Shown: positions 62,976 to 64,000 of the stretch, piece by piece
Position numbering within the stretch: the first letter of the stretch is position 1
Layout of the letters: each line of letters opens with the position of its first letter
Assembly: GCF_006345805.1 (NCBI RefSeq)
Contig: NC_043006.1
Span: 49,414,001-49,478,000 of the forward strand
DNA from: Octopus sinensis
Lineage: Eukaryota
DNA: 64,000 nt
Reading direction: 5' to 3'
The notes under the pieces: model-generated
The model's input: the letters and a program-made list of their open reading frames with translations, nothing else
Told to the model about the DNA's origin: nothing
Database searches by the model: none
Made by a program: the position numbers and the translations under genes

Positions 62976-64000
62976 AAATATGAAAATAAGCGCTACAAAG
63001 CATCACGTAGATCGTAGACAGCGCCAAATCAAAACGAAACACTTGCACTTACACAAGAACACAGAACTACACTCAATAGAGCAGCGAAATAAAATAACGC
63101 AATAAAAATAAGACAACTAAAACAAAATATTAGAAAACGCAAAAAAAATCAAACAAAAAGTGTTTGTACTCAAACTTCGTAGCATTGTGCTGGGCTGTAA
63201 AAGCAGGTAATAAAAATAAAACTACTGAAGTGATAATAATGCTGATGACGACTTGTGACAGTGAAGCATACCTACTAATGGTTTGGTTGTGAAATAATAT
63301 TTCTTGCTATATATTTTACTGTTGTTCACTATGGTGTTCTCAAGAAGATAAAACGATAACATATCAACAATAACTGATCAGCAAGTAAGTTATTTATTAT
63401 TCAAAGATTTATGGCGAATACCAGAATATTCGTAAATCCTATAAAATAGTTTCTCCTACTCCAGACTGCAATCTGGTACTTCCCGCGTAATTTTAAGTGT
63501 ACAAACTAATAAAATATTGTAACGAGGAACGCGAAATTTGAAATAAGATCGAAGCGATCAATCAACCATAACGCATAACCTAAGAAAGTCATAGATGCAC
63601 AGCAGAAGATAACTTCCCCCTTTCATCTTCCTTGGTTCTTCAGTAGACTTAATGTCTCCAACGTTTTCCTCCCTGTTTACATCACTCACCCCCTCCGGGG
63701 TCGTCCTATTTCTCTTCTATAAGGGACTTGTCCGAACATGACTTTACTTTTTAAAGATGATGGTGTCGCTGTTTCGTGTCCCATTACCAAATTCCTTTAT
63801 TTTCTACACTTATGACAACCGACAAAGGTGTTTCATGGTTCGCAGTCATTCGAACAATTTCTTTCCTAATATTCTTGTTAGTTCGATTATTCTATATAAG
63901 GAATATGAAGCCTTTTTAAAAAATAACTTTTCGTTCCATATGCCATAATTTTTTCTGAATTTTAGCTTCTAACGTCTCTGATTCTAAGTCAATGTGCAAC

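Noticed and set aside
63040-63420. Possible upstream GPCR exons (hydrophobic stretch before GTAAGT at ~63050; AG/GT-bounded stretch at ~63280-63438)
   Set aside because: No TM1/TM2 motif (no HxNL) and in-frame stops or incompatible phase.

Overview
This is eukaryotic, AT-rich, microsatellite-laden DNA with no prokaryotic features and no CRISPR array. The tRNA-derived SINEs, R4/Dong, RTE and CR1 LINEs, Penelope-like elements and huge (TA)n/(TAA)n arrays fit a coleoid cephalopod, probably Octopus (inference). Two spliced genes lie on the minus strand and both run out of the window. (1) The 5' three coding exons of proteasome subunit beta type-4/beta7 (PSMB4) are at 6626-6493, 2701-2495 and 1161-1015. 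(2) The last seven coding exons (TM3 to stop, 245 codons, frame intact) of a calcitonin/DH31-receptor-like class B1 GPCR span 57846 to 32252; the ORF track misses most of these. Almost everything else is transposon-derived: several SINE families, Helitrons, Tc1/mariner, Chapaev, CR1, RTE, R4/Dong LINEs, and a Penelope element interrupted by a solo LTR. The most striking signal is three independent fold-back palindromes (11.8, 26.7, 46.6 kb). Each carries a minimal type I hammerhead-ribozyme fold whose catalytic 3-8 pair is non-canonical (G3-C8, U3-A8, C3/U3-A8). There is also a canonical hammerhead just downstream of a tRNA-type Pol III promoter (58.0 kb) and a degenerate one at the Penelope 3' end. 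All alignments, folds and counts were done by eye; repeat boundaries are approximate unless TSDs or termini are quoted.
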